The notes beneath the pieces were generated by a model, which had not been told where the DNA came from, did no database searches, and was given only the letters and a program-made list of their open reading frames with translations. DNA of 64,000 nucleotides from an uncultured virus (IMG/VR IMGVR_UViG_3300038828_000030) (taxonomy: Duplodnaviria; Heunggongvirae; Uroviricota; Caudoviricetes): the IMG/VR virus record IMGVR_UViG_3300038828_000030; one strand, 5' to 3'. A program made the position numbers and the translations under genes. Positions 27,250 to 36,930 of the stretch are shown piece after piece. Numbering within the stretch: the first letter of the stretch is position 1; every line of letters begins with the position of its first letter.

Positions 27250-28329
27250 CTATCCTGTGGTGTGGGCATAGGGGCTTTTCTTCAGCTCCGCAAGAGCCGC
27301 CTCGTATGCACTTCGCCGAGCGTTGTACGCGGCGGAGCACTCCATGAGCAGCAACGCTTCGTACTCAAGGACGAGCGCGTCCTTCCGCTGGTTCAGCTCC
27401 TGGGCTGTGGCTTCAGCGGCTGCCTTGTTGGCTGCAGTCTGGGCGGCGGCGGTAGCGATAGCCGACGCAAGTTCAGGCAGCGGTTCGCGCGGCAACACGT
27501 ATGACCTCCACTCCAAACTGCCGTCAGCGCCATACACCCGCGCGGTTACCTCTTTTTTATCTGGAGCGACGCCGATGCCGGGGCCGTCAACCAGAGAGTA
27601 ATAATACGTGTAGCTTCCTGCCGACGTTATGTAGGGGTCCCTGTCGCTCCATGATGGGATGCCTAAATCGATCCAGTTCTCTTCGTTGACGTCTACGTTG
27701 ACGGCTATGGAATTAAACGTCACGATGCCGACTGTATAGCTGTAGTGCACCAGGGCGGTTGTACTGGTTTTGACCGACGTAATGGTGTGCACGACAGAGT
27801 TATCTAGCAGGACCTCCCACACGACCGTATCCCTCCACGAAGCGTATTGCTCCTCCCCGTCCTTCGGGGGGCCTGTGTAGTATGTGACCACGCTCCCATC
27901 GCTGGAAACTTCGGCATAGAGAGAAAATACGTCGAGGACGACGGTCTCGGAACTCGCCTGTCTGAACAAGGCGCTGACAGCCTTGTACGGGACCGTGAAG
28001 TCCACATTCGGCCTGGACGGCGGCAGGCAGATCATCCCGCCGCCTTCCTCCGAGCCCCCGTCACCTTCGCTCGCCCACACCAACATCGTCCGGTTTCCAG
28101 CCACATCGACGATCTTGTACTGGGAGCCATCGGGGAGCTGGCCATACTCAGTGGGGTTCGGCACGCTCGACAGGCGTGCGCTGTTGCAGAGCTTGGCGAA
28201 TACGTTCTGCGCGCTCAAGGCCTGAACCTCGGTCAGTGTCCCGCCCTGCACCCGCAGCTGCGGTGGCGCCACGATCGGATTCGGGTTGCCGAAGATGTCG
28301 AAGGCAAGCGGGTTCCAGATGCGGCTCAT
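27250..28329 (-). CDS. Tail-associated protein, 359 aa (start MSRIWNP)
   Basis: ATGA overlap with the upstream gene; central Tyr/Val/Ser-rich segment with visibly lower GC. Confidence 0.65.
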   Translation of the reverse strand: MSRIWNPLAFDIFGNPNPIVAPPQLRVQGGTLTEVQALSAQNVFAKLCNSARLSSVPNPTEYGQLPDGSQYKIVDVAGNRTMLVWASEGDGGSEEGGGMICLPPSRPNVDFTVPYKAVSALFRQASSETVVLDVFSLYAEVSSDGSVVTYYTGPPKDGEEQYASWRDTVVWEVLLDNSVVHTITSVKTSTTALVHYSYTVGIVTFNSIAVNVDVNEENWIDLGIPSWSDRDPYITSAGSYTYYYSLVDGPGIGVAPDKKEVTARVYGADGSLEWRSYVLPREPLPELASAIATAAAQTAANKAAAEATAQELNQRKDALVLEYEALLLMECSAAYNARRSAYEAALAELKKSPYAHTTG

Positions 28330-29495
28330 TGCGGCACCGCCAGGTATTGAGGCCCGACGCCTGGCAGGTCGCGGAATGTTGCGCACACTTCCTGGACGTC
28401 GGTGCAGTAGCGCCCATCGGTCAGGCTGACCGTCTGTCCGCCTGCGAACCCGGCCACGACTTCGCCGCCAGCGATGCACAGCATGGCTGCCCCGCGCCCG
28501 GTTCCCTCGCCAAGCTGGATGTCTTGCCCTGGCGCCGAAACACCGGAGCCAGGAACCACGCTGCCGTGGCCCGTCGCCGTGAACGACAGAGCATCCCAGG
28601 ACGTGCCGGCGAGGAACACCAGCTCTTTCTCCGTGCCCACGTAGATGCCGTCATCCACCGGCTGAACGGCCGTGATCGGCGAGCCAAGTGGCTTGAAGTC
28701 GCGCCAGTCCGCCAGGTGCGGCGCGCTCGGGCGGCTGGCCCACAGTGCGTCGCCCACGGCCACCAGCACACGCCCACGCCAGGCGGCGGTGATCGTGCCC
28801 ACTGGAAACGGCTGCGCGCCAAGCGTGCGGCATGGCAGCACCAGATCGTGGTTCGCGCCAGTGCATTCGACCGCAGTGTCGGTCGTCGTGGTGGCCAGAT
28901 AGGCCCCCTCGCCGTCGCGCCCGCTCAGATAGACGTTGATCGCGTGTCCGTCGATCTGCGGCAGCGCGTCCAGCCGCAGGCCGCCGTCGCTGATTTCGAC
29001 CATCCCTGAGCTGATGGCCGGCCCCTCCAGTCGGTCGCTCAGGCGAACGTGCGTCAGGTAGTACCGATACTCGCCAGCATGCAGCGCGCCGAACGCCGCG
29101 CTGTGTATGCCCAGGGATACCGGCGACGGGATGCTGCGTTCGGCCCCCACCAGCCCATCGGTCACCCCCTGAATCAGACCATTGGTGAATGTCGTCCGGC
29201 CATCGGGCAGGTTGCAGTACCACACGCGGGCATAGCCGAGCGCTGGGTGGATGACGTGCCGCGCCCCGTCCGGGTGAATTGCGGTCAGCACGCTGCCGCA
29301 CGTCGCCAGCATGAAGCCATCGGCCTGCCAAAGGTTCTTGTGACACTGATCCGACACCTCGGTGAACCCGCCGCGCCGCGTGATCTCGCCGGTCAGACCG
29401 ATATTCACGTTCTCCGCGCGTCGCAGATCGCTCGCGCCCTGGCGGTGCTCCGGCAAGACGTTGTTGATGCCAGTGAAGCCGCCGAACGTCAGCAT
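28326..29495 (-). CDS. Tail tubular/nozzle-like protein, 389 aa
   Basis: GFTGINN..LRRAENVNIG..GEITRRGG N-terminal pattern of podoviral tail tube B/gp10-like proteins. Confidence 0.6.
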   Translation of the reverse strand: MLTFGGFTGINNVLPEHRQGASDLRRAENVNIGLTGEITRRGGFTEVSDQCHKNLWQADGFMLATCGSVLTAIHPDGARHVIHPALGYARVWYCNLPDGRTTFTNGLIQGVTDGLVGAERSIPSPVSLGIHSAAFGALHAGEYRYYLTHVRLSDRLEGPAISSGMVEISDGGLRLDALPQIDGHAINVYLSGRDGEGAYLATTTTDTAVECTGANHDLVLPCRTLGAQPFPVGTITAAWRGRVLVAVGDALWASRPSAPHLADWRDFKPLGSPITAVQPVDDGIYVGTEKELVFLAGTSWDALSFTATGHGSVVPGSGVSAPGQDIQLGEGTGRGAAMLCIAGGEVVAGFAGGQTVSLTDGRYCTDVQEVCATFRDLPGVGPQYLAVPQ

Positions 29496-30193
29496 GTCGA
29501 TCCCAGCCCAATTGCAGCCCGGCCAAATTCAAGCGCCGACGCCGGACGCGCAGACAATGCCACCAAGGGCATGCCCGGCGCGCCGAACTCCAATGCCTGT
29601 GCTGTCGGCGCCGGAAACGACGAGCCGCCAAAGCGCACGGTCGGGGGCGTCCACCGCGCCAGGTCAAACCCGGCCGCCGGGTGCGCCCAGCTCACCAACG
29701 GTTCGCCGAACTCAAGCCCCATGAACCCGCCAGCAAAAAGCGCCGTGGCTGAAGGTCCAGGTTCGCCCAGCTCCAGCGTGGTACCTGCCGTCGCGGGACA
29801 AAGCACCGTCTGAACACTGGGTCGCCCCAGCCCCAGCGCCTGGGCCGTCGGCGCCCCGAGCGATACATCGCTGCGCGCCGATGCGTCCCCGAACTCTAGG
29901 GCTGTGTCGGATGGGGCCGCAAACGTCATGTCCGCAGGCGGCTGGCCGTAGAAGACCCACGGCAGGCCGTCGTTGCGGCACAGGTCGATGCCGTCATAAG
30001 GCGTCGCCGCGACGTCCACCCCGAGCTTGATCGCCCCGCCGTCGCTGATCTCCAGCGACGGGTCCTGGGCCGGCGCCGGCACCGCCGCGTACATCGTCGG
30101 CGCTGACCACGACACGAGGGAGAGACCGGACGACGCCAAGGCCCCTTCGTCATCGCCGTTGATTACGGCGCCGTTGATGAGCGGGTAGGACAC
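29489..30193 (-). CDS. Virion protein with repeated 'ALEFG' units, 234 aa
   Basis: ALEFGD, LELGE, GLEFGE, ALEFGA and ALEFGR repeats; operon packing. Confidence 0.6.
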   Translation of the reverse strand: MSYPLINGAVINGDDEGALASSGLSLVSWSAPTMYAAVPAPAQDPSLEISDGGAIKLGVDVAATPYDGIDLCRNDGLPWVFYGQPPADMTFAAPSDTALEFGDASARSDVSLGAPTAQALGLGRPSVQTVLCPATAGTTLELGEPGPSATALFAGGFMGLEFGEPLVSWAHPAAGFDLARWTPPTVRFGGSSFPAPTAQALEFGAPGMPLVALSARPASALEFGRAAIGLGSTC

Positions 30194-30202
30194 AACTACG
30201 CC

Positions 30203-31264
30203 TTAAGCATAGACCGAACTTTGGATGATGAAGCCCCGGAAGAAAAAATTCCCGACAAGGCTCACATCCGCCGGCGTATGCACCGTGAATATCAGATCGT
30301 CGTTATCAGAGCTGTCAGCAATCGGGACCGTCAGGCGCGTGAAGCCGTCAGAAATGTTTCCGTGGTCGAGGAATTTCGTGGTGTCGCCGGTCACGCCGAT
30401 CGACACCACGGCGGGCGTGCTCAGGCCGGTGGCAGAGCCAAGGAACCCAATCTCAGTCAGGACAAAGCTATCGCCTGGCAGCGACTCTTCAAGAACGATC
30501 GGCGTGCTTGTTGGTATCCACCAGCCGACGTGTTCAGGTGGGTCGTCATCCGTGAGCGCCTCTACCTCGCTCCCGTCTCCTGGGAATGCGACAGTGCCGG
30601 TTGCGCCGTATCCGCCATCAGGGCTTCGGAGCAGTTGATACTGATATCCATCGGCCACCGCCGGCACCACGATGACGCCGTGGGAGTACGAAGACCCATC
30701 CGAGTATCCCGCTGGGACCCCGATGTCCACAGCCCGTGTGCGGAAGATCAGCTCAGCGCCGGCTGGATATTCCTTGGCTGAGTAGTGCGTCCGATACTCG
30801 TCTGCAAACGGCGCGACCACAGACAGCGCTGGGAGCGAGCCGAACGTGATGTTGCGCTGTACGCCAGACCGCCCCACCCGCACCGTGTACACATGATCAG
30901 GGGCGATCGACTCAGTTTGGGGGAACGACTCCAGCATCTGCGCAGTCACCCGCGCGGAGATGGAGGCGCCGGATGACCAGACAGCTCTGGCCGACGTATC
31001 GGCAAAACGCGCCAGTGTGAACTTCACGGTCGGCCCCGCCGTTATTGTCACAGCACGCAGCCTGGCTATCTCATACTCACCAGGTGCGTTCGCTTCGTCC
31101 GTGATCGTGACGTCCATTTCGGCGTCATACGCATTCAGCCACGTCGGAAAAATGCCCTGTGAGCCGGGGTCAACCTCAACCTCGTCCACTCGGGCCTCAT
31201 TGGCCTCCAACGAAGCCAGCGCTTCGAGCGTTTCGGTCTCCGCGTTGTTGATAAATACGAGCAT
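30203..31264 (-). CDS. Tail fibre/spike-like protein, 353 aa
   Basis: SD GGAGG; N-terminal F.NNAET.L...EIARL...WSSGASISARVTA anchor-like motif; acidic C-part. Confidence 0.6.
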   Translation of the reverse strand: MLVFINNAETETLEALASLEANEARVDEVEVDPGSQGIFPTWLNAYDAEMDVTITDEANAPGEYEIARLRAVTITAGPTVKFTLARFADTSARAVWSSGASISARVTAQMLESFPQTESIAPDHVYTVRVGRSGVQRNITFGSLPALSVVAPFADEYRTHYSAKEYPAGAELIFRTRAVDIGVPAGYSDGSSYSHGVIVVPAVADGYQYQLLRSPDGGYGATGTVAFPGDGSEVEALTDDDPPEHVGWWIPTSTPIVLEESLPGDSFVLTEIGFLGSATGLSTPAVVSIGVTGDTTKFLDHGNISDGFTRLTVPIADSSDNDDLIFTVHTPADVSLVGNFFFRGFIIQSSVYA

Positions 31265-31277
31265 GGTGCCCCTCCGA

Positions 31278-32075
31278 TCAGGCAGGAACCAGCGAGAAGA
31301 CCTTGCTGGCCGAGTCCGACCAGACCACCTTCAGCCCGCCGCCATTCAGTGTGTGCGGGAACCCGACAACGCCAGCGATGTGCAGAAGCAGCGGCGACGT
31401 GGCTGCATCGGCCGTGTCCTTGAACAGCACAATCGCGCCGGCAACGCCAGGCCCAGTCATCGCCCCGAAATCAGCGTCATCGGCATCAAACACCCCGTTC
31501 GTCACCGACCGATTACTCAGCGCGACGATCCCGAGCGGCACACCGACCGCCGACAAGAACTCGTGCCCAGCGTCGTAGCTGTAGCTGTTCGGCACCAGTG
31601 CTGCCTTGATATTGTCCGAGCCCCAAGCGATGCCCCCGGACAGTGTTTTTTCCGCCCCCTTCGGGTAGAACGGCGCGGTGATGCGGGCGATTTTTTTGGG
31701 GCCGTCGTCCCACGGAACAGTGACCGCGCCCCCGTTCGTCTCCATCGGGAACCCCGCAAGCTGGTCCATATAGAACAGTAGCGGCGACGTTGTGGGGTTG
31801 CCCGTGTCCTTGTATACCGCGATGGCCTTGAGTGTGCTGCCCGGCGCCAGAGTCCCGAAGTCCACGTCATCGGCGTCGAACACGCCGCCGGTGACCGACT
31901 TGTTGGTCAGTACCTGGTCCGTGCCAATGCGGGAGCCCAAATCGCTCACGAACTCGTGCGCCGCGCTGTACGTGTACGTGTTCGGCAGCAAGCACACTTT
32001 GATCGTGTCGCCAGCAAAATCAATCGTGGCCGACAACAGTTTCTGCATGCCCTTTGGGTACGAATTATTTGCCAT
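31278..32075 (-). CDS. Virion protein with two tandem ~130-aa domains, 265 aa
   Basis: YPKG..IK..L.PN.Y.Y...HEF...L.N.SVT.GVFDADD.DFG..KDT....TSPLL occurs twice; SD AAGGAG. Confidence 0.7.
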   Translation of the reverse strand: MANNSYPKGMQKLLSATIDFAGDTIKVCLLPNTYTYSAAHEFVSDLGSRIGTDQVLTNKSVTGGVFDADDVDFGTLAPGSTLKAIAVYKDTGNPTTSPLLFYMDQLAGFPMETNGGAVTVPWDDGPKKIARITAPFYPKGAEKTLSGGIAWGSDNIKAALVPNSYSYDAGHEFLSAVGVPLGIVALSNRSVTNGVFDADDADFGAMTGPGVAGAIVLFKDTADAATSPLLLHIAGVVGFPHTLNGGGLKVVWSDSASKVFSLVPA

Positions 32076-32230
32076 CACTGGCTCCTTTTGGTTGTCCCGA
32101 CTTTCTGTCGGCCTGGTTGCACAGCAAGCGCCGTGCTTGCGTCATCGGGCAACTTGAGCTGATAGTCCGGCACGCGGTTGTCCATCCCGAGTGGGAATGG
32201 GCCGAGGCGCTGGGTTGAATCGAGCGTCAT
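32075..32230 (-). pseudogene. Truncated 5' remnant of a tail tubular protein paralog (51 codons)
   Basis: MTLDSTQRLGPFPLGMDNRVPD resembles the N-terminus of 28326..29495 (FGGFTGINNVLPE). It sits at the leaderless position of promoter copy 4 but ends early. Confidence 0.5.
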
Positions 32231-32280
32231 GTCGGCAAGTCTCGCGGGCAGCCACTGGAGCGGCAAACCCTATGCGGGGG
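32231..32280 (-). promoter_or_regulatory. Late promoter motif copy 4 (leaderless)
   Basis: CCCCCGC-ATAGGGTT (core 32266-32273), GAGACT, ATG 35 nt after the core. Confidence 0.7.
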
Positions 32281-32297
32281 CAAACCGTCCGTATCGG

Positions 32298-32963
32298 TTA
32301 CGGCAAGATTGCCGCGTTGTGATGCGGCACGTCGATGCGCGTCACGCGCCGCAGATCGCTGTCGGGCAGCGTGCCGAAATAGCGCGTGAACTCATTTTCG
32401 GCGCGCTCTGAGCGTTGGGCGTCGAACGTCTCCGCGTCCACCACGCTGAACGCCTTGTGCAGCGCCCACTGAATCAGGTACTCGTGGTGCGCCTCGTGAA
32501 TCTCCGGCTTGTCGGTGTCGTTGGCCAGCAGCTTGAGTGGCGTGCGATAACACTCGATCGCCAGTTTATCGCCGGCCGTGATGGCGCCGGACACGCGGAT
32601 GCTGGTGTCATCTTGAATGGCGAACTCGGCCGGCCCGTGATCATCGCGCCAGCCTGGCATGTTCTCGTCCAACCACTCGCGTGAGGCCAGAAACACCGGG
32701 CGCGACCGTCCACTGACAGGAACGATGCGAGCATTGATGATCTCGTAGACCGCCTTGTGCAGCGGGTAGGTCTTCTGCGACGGGTCGAGTGCAATCTCGC
32801 ACACCGCCGGGTTGGCGTCCTCGCGCAGCAGCCGACCGCGGATGCAGGCCTGGCGTTGGGCATCGTTCAGCCAGTCCGTCACATCCTCATCGGCGAACAG
32901 GTACGGCTGCACCTTGTCCACCGCCAGGGTGCGGAAGCGCCGGATCAAGTCTTCCAGAGTCAC
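32298..32963 (-). CDS. Head-tail adaptor protein, 221 aa
   Basis: W.NDAQRQACIR..PEIHEAHHEYLIQWALHKAF..D pattern; located after the capsid genes. Confidence 0.65.
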   Translation of the reverse strand: MTLEDLIRRFRTLAVDKVQPYLFADEDVTDWLNDAQRQACIRGRLLREDANPAVCEIALDPSQKTYPLHKAVYEIINARIVPVSGRSRPVFLASREWLDENMPGWRDDHGPAEFAIQDDTSIRVSGAITAGDKLAIECYRTPLKLLANDTDKPEIHEAHHEYLIQWALHKAFSVVDAETFDAQRSERAENEFTRYFGTLPDSDLRRVTRIDVPHHNAAILP

Positions 32964-33388
32964 GAGGGCATCCCGTACTGGTCAACCAGGCCTTTGACCT
33001 GCTCGCGCATCTTGGCCTCGCCCAACGCGCCCGGGAATTCCACCTTGAAATTGGTCTTGGCAAAGTCGCGCATCGCGGCCTTGTCCATCTTGTCGATCTG
33101 CTGGTGCACCTCGAAGCGGGTGTTTTCCTGCTCGCGGCGCTCACTCTCGGCCTTCTCGGCGGCCTCCAGCTGCTCCTGCGTGTCGTCCTTGGACTTGGCC
33201 GGCTTCTTGGCCTTGGCCTCGCCGGCAGCCTGGAACACATCGGCGTGCTGCAAGAACTTCGCCGCCAGCTCGGGCGGCAGCTCGCGCGTCTGGCCGTGCT
33301 CGAACGTCAGGCGCGAGCGGTAGATGCGATCGACAAACGGGTCTTCGCGTCCCGTGTAGGTCACGCCAACCAGTTGTTCTTCCGCCAT
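32960..33388 (-). CDS. Hypothetical head-associated protein, 142 aa
   Basis: SD GGAG; overlaps the next gene by 4 nt. Confidence 0.65.
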   Translation of the reverse strand: MAEEQLVGVTYTGREDPFVDRIYRSRLTFEHGQTRELPPELAAKFLQHADVFQAAGEAKAKKPAKSKDDTQEQLEAAEKAESERREQENTRFEVHQQIDKMDKAAMRDFAKTNFKVEFPGALGEAKMREQVKGLVDQYGMPS

Positions 33389-33449
33389 GTGATCGCTCCG
33401 TGTGAATGTTCATGGATGGGCGGGCCGCCATGACCCGCCCGAGTTGGAC

Positions 33450-33929
33450 TTACTTCGGCCCCATGCGCTCGCCATGGACGATCACGTCGATGCGCGAGGC
33501 CTTGGCGTTGGCCGCGCCGCCGGTGGTCAGCACCAGGAAGGCTTCCTTGGGCAGCTTGACCGGCGCCTTGGCTGTTGCACAGCGCAAGCGCCCGGCCGCG
33601 TTGAGCACCAGGCCAGCGCCAAAGTAGGCCGCGTCCTGCGGCGCTTCGGTGCTGTCCACGCCGTCGGCATAGACAAAGCCCAGCGAGCCCGTGACCGCCG
33701 CGGTCATGGCCGTGGACACAATCACCTGAGCGTCCTCCAGCACAAAGCCTGCGGGCAGCTTCTCCAGCACCACCACATCACCCGAGGCGATGGGGGCTGC
33801 GCTGTCCGCGCCAATGGCGCCGCCGTTGGCAGCGGTTTGCAGCGTCGCGCGGATGCTCGTGACGTTGCCATAGGGGGTGAAGCCGCCGAACTGCTGCGCG
33901 CCCAGACCCAGTTTCTTGATGGTTGCCAT
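33450..33929 (-). CDS. Capsid decoration/cement protein, 159 aa
   Basis: SD AGGAGG; small Ala/Gly-rich beta protein immediately after the capsid gene. Confidence 0.65.
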   Translation of the reverse strand: MATIKKLGLGAQQFGGFTPYGNVTSIRATLQTAANGGAIGADSAAPIASGDVVVLEKLPAGFVLEDAQVIVSTAMTAAVTGSLGFVYADGVDSTEAPQDAAYFGAGLVLNAAGRLRCATAKAPVKLPKEAFLVLTTGGAANAKASRIDVIVHGERMGPK

Positions 33930-33994
33930 GTTGGCCTCCTGAAAACGATGATTTCAAACCCGGGGCCGGCGGGTGTGCCAGCCCCGCCGGGTCA

Positions 33995-35287
33995 TCAGCC
34001 GCGTGGCTTGATGATCTTGACGGCCGTGTCCAGCACCGTCACGCCGTGGTCGGTGAACTGCTTGGCGTCGCCGTGATCCACCGCGAAGCGCACCTTTGAC
34101 ATTCCAAGGATCGCGCCGATCAAGATTTCCATCTTGTCGCCGTGATCGCCCTTTTCCTCCGACCAGAAGAACGGCACGCCGCTGTGCTCCGAGCGCCCGA
34201 AGGCTTGCGCCAGCGCCTGGCCGCCCAGCAGCAGCGCGCGATCCACCGCGAAGGTCGTGCCGAAAGCGGCAGGAACCTTCACGGTCGATTCGACCTCGCT
34301 GTCGTAGGCCGCGCAGTAAGCGATGTCGTCGCCTGCGTAAAAGCGGATCGGCTTGGGCATCTTGACAATCAGGATGCCATTCCAAAGACCCACGTCGCCG
34401 AGGAACAGCGGGTGATCCTTGGCCAACCGGGCGCGTGCATACGCATTCGCCTGGAAGCTGCGGAAGTCCGCGTTGGTGGCAAAGCCGCTGTACTGCGCAG
34501 GCGACACCAGCGCCACGCGGATCGGGCTGTCGGTGGCCGCCAGGTCGCCATCGAACTCCACCGGGGGCGGCGGCAGCGCGATCTGATCCATCCACGCGCG
34601 CAGCGAGTCCACCACGCTCATGCTGAACAGGTCGGTGGTGGCAATGGTCAGGTCGCCAGCATTGGGGATAACCTCGCTCACGCTGCCGGCGGCTGCCACC
34701 AGGTGGCGGTTCTTTGTCGGGGCTTTCACCTTGTTGACCATGATCTGGCTGAACCGGGGGTCGGCCGCCAGCGGCACGCGCCACTCGATCTTGTTGTCGT
34801 GAAAGCCGCGCGCGCCCGCCAAGTGAACGAGAATCGACTGGTCGATGTAGTCGTTCATCAGCTGCTGCGCCTTCGGGCGGCCCATGCGTCGCATTTCGAA
34901 GGGACTGCGAATCTGGGTCATGGTGTTGCCCATGTCGATCGGGAAGCGCGCCTGGTTCACGCGCAGGCGATCCTCGGAGAACGACATGCCCACGCCCTTG
35001 CCCTCGGCGTACTCGCTGCCCATGATCGGGTAGCCGCTGATCGGGTTGTCCAGGTGGAAGGTGATCTCGTCACCCTTGTTCTTGGACAGATCTTCGGCGC
35101 GCACGATCGGCATCGTCGGCTTCGACTGGCGCTTGGCGCCCGCGATCGCGTTCTCGATCGTCGGCATCTTGCCGGTCAGTCGGTTCAGCGTGGTGTTGCG
35201 CTGCATGCAGGTGTGGAAAACACCCATTGCCTGCTGGATCATGGCGCCGGTTGCACCGGATGCCACGTTGGTCTTGCTTTCAGCCAT
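33995..35287 (-). CDS. Major capsid protein, N4-gp56/DUF4043-like, 430 aa
   Basis: SD AAGGAGG; DLSKNKGDEITF, GLWNGILI, DRALLLGGQAL, DHG..GMSKVRF..DHGV motifs. Confidence 0.85.
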   Translation of the reverse strand: MAESKTNVASGATGAMIQQAMGVFHTCMQRNTTLNRLTGKMPTIENAIAGAKRQSKPTMPIVRAEDLSKNKGDEITFHLDNPISGYPIMGSEYAEGKGVGMSFSEDRLRVNQARFPIDMGNTMTQIRSPFEMRRMGRPKAQQLMNDYIDQSILVHLAGARGFHDNKIEWRVPLAADPRFSQIMVNKVKAPTKNRHLVAAAGSVSEVIPNAGDLTIATTDLFSMSVVDSLRAWMDQIALPPPPVEFDGDLAATDSPIRVALVSPAQYSGFATNADFRSFQANAYARARLAKDHPLFLGDVGLWNGILIVKMPKPIRFYAGDDIAYCAAYDSEVESTVKVPAAFGTTFAVDRALLLGGQALAQAFGRSEHSGVPFFWSEEKGDHGDKMEILIGAILGMSKVRFAVDHGDAKQFTDHGVTVLDTAVKIIKPRG

Positions 35288-35338
35288 GATTGGCCTCCTT
35301 CAAAGTGTTCGGCCCCGAATGAACGGCGCCCGTTGTGG

Positions 35339-36379
35339 TCACATTTGCTTGTTCAGATAGGCCTCGATCTGCGCCGGACTCATGTGCTCCATGGCCGAAT
35401 ACAGCTCTTCGCCTGCCAAGCTCGCCATACGCTCTTGCGGGCTGAGACCATCCGCTCGCCCGCCGGGAATCCCCGACAGACTCACGGGTGGCTCGGTCCG
35501 CGCGGACGCTGCGGCGGCCTCTGCCTTGGCCTTCTCAGGGGCCTCGGTGGTGGGAGCTGATTTACCGGACGACTTCACAAAAGCGTCGAACACCTCGACG
35601 ATCTGCTCCGCCGTGCCGCCCTCTTTCGGATCGAACAGTTGCCAGTAGGCGTTGCGCACCACGCTCGGCTGCGCGTCCACCCATGCCTTGAACTCCGCGC
35701 TTTGCGCGATGCTGTCGGCGTTCGGGTGCGCCTTGTAGATGGCGTCGTAGTGCGCTTGCGCCTCGCTTTGCTGCTGCTTGGCCTGTAGCGGTTCCAGGGC
35801 CTTGTTGACCTGGGCTGCTACCTGCTGCGTCACCAGCTTGGCGATGCCGGAAGCCAGGGCTTCCTCCGAGAAGTCGCCAAACATGCCCACATCCGCGCCC
35901 GCTTCAATGGCAGCCTCAGCCTGCGCCACCATGTTGTCGGTCTTGGTCGGGGCCTGGCCGGCATCGGCTCGGGCCTGCGCTTCGCGCTGCAGCTCGGCCA
36001 GCTGTTGCTGGGCGGCTTCTGCCTGCGCTCGCCAGTGCTGCTCGCCTTGCCTGGCCTTCTCCAAGCGGTCATAGGGGATGGTGTGAACACCGTCCTTTGC
36101 CAGCACCACGGCTTTGGCCGGGTCGATGCCCGTCTCGTCCGTCGTGCCTGCCTTGCCGCCGTTGTTGGCTTTGTCTTGGCTTGCTGCCTGCGCTTGTTCG
36201 CTCTGATCTTGGGTCGTCGTGGTGCTCTTGTCGTCCGTCGCAGCGGTGATCGCGGGCGCGTCACCGGTTTCCGTTTTCACGGTATCGCCCTGCTCCGCCA
36301 GCGCGAACGCCTGCGAAGCCTGCTCCGGCGTCAGCGCGCCGTCGATGTCTGCAAAAAAGCTCTCGTTTGTTGCCGTCAT
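35339..36379 (-). CDS. Capsid scaffolding protein, 346 aa (start MTATNES)
   Basis: Acidic, Ala/Gln-rich coiled-coil with HTIPYDRL motif; directly upstream of the capsid gene. Confidence 0.7.
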   Translation of the reverse strand: MTATNESFFADIDGALTPEQASQAFALAEQGDTVKTETGDAPAITAATDDKSTTTTQDQSEQAQAASQDKANNGGKAGTTDETGIDPAKAVVLAKDGVHTIPYDRLEKARQGEQHWRAQAEAAQQQLAELQREAQARADAGQAPTKTDNMVAQAEAAIEAGADVGMFGDFSEEALASGIAKLVTQQVAAQVNKALEPLQAKQQQSEAQAHYDAIYKAHPNADSIAQSAEFKAWVDAQPSVVRNAYWQLFDPKEGGTAEQIVEVFDAFVKSSGKSAPTTEAPEKAKAEAAAASARTEPPVSLSGIPGGRADGLSPQERMASLAGEELYSAMEHMSPAQIEAYLNKQM

Positions 36380-36514
36380 GCTTGTCCGCCACCTATCGCT
36401 GTGGCCGCAAAGGACAACCGCATTCAAGGCTTGGGCTTGCGCCCGCACCCATCCAGCAGCGGGTGCCGGGTCTTTCGATCCGGCGGTTCACGACCGGCTC
36501 GTCGCCGGGCGCTT

Positions 36515-36563
36515 GGCGGCAATGTGCCTGGGGTGTGGCAAAGCGTCCAACCCCACAGGGGGT
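36515..36563 (-). promoter_or_regulatory. Late promoter motif copy 5
   Basis: CCCCCT-GTGGGGTT (core 36549-36556) with CACATT at the conserved spacing. Confidence 0.7.
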
Positions 36564-36580
36564 AGATGTCATGTGGGCGC

Positions 36581-36606
36581 AAAAAAGCCGCCTCGGTGGG
36601 CGGCTT
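36581..36606 (-). terminator. Rho-independent terminator
   Basis: Minus strand AAGCCGCCC-ACCG-AGGCGGCTTTTTT. Confidence 0.8.
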
Positions 36607-36636
36607 ATCTTGTCTATAAGGGCTAGCTACTTGTTC

Positions 36637-36930
36637 TCACTCTGACCCCTTGTACTCAGGGAACAGCGCAGCAAAGTGCGCGGCTTTGTTGGTGGCCGCC
36701 AGTACAGGTAGACGTAGACGACCATAACTCGCCACCACCATCACCTCATTCGGCGCTGTCACTTTTGCCGCCAGAGTTGTGCCCTCAGATTCCAGCGCCT
36801 TGCGGGCTTCGATTGTTTCAGCGTCGTCCATGATGGCCCTGCCTAGATTGAGCAGCAAAGCTCTTACGCGCTCAGTTGCTGCAATTTCTTCCTCTGTCAT
36901 GTCGCTGTGATTTTTGTAGAGGCTTTTCAT
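36637..36930 (-). CDS. Moron-like hypothetical protein, 97 aa (start MKSLYKN)
   Basis: SD AAGGAG; lower GC; lies between portal and scaffold genes and is followed by a terminator. Confidence 0.55.
   Translation of the reverse strand: MKSLYKNHSDMTEEEIAATERVRALLLNLGRAIMDDAETIEARKALESEGTTLAAKVTAPNEVMVVASYGRLRLPVLAATNKAAHFAALFPEYKGSE

Noticed and set aside
33418..33992. Terminators flanking the decoration gene (33418-33440, ~33959-33992)
   Set aside because: GC hairpins are present but U-tracts are weak or absent. They may be mRNA-stabilising stems, so they were not called.
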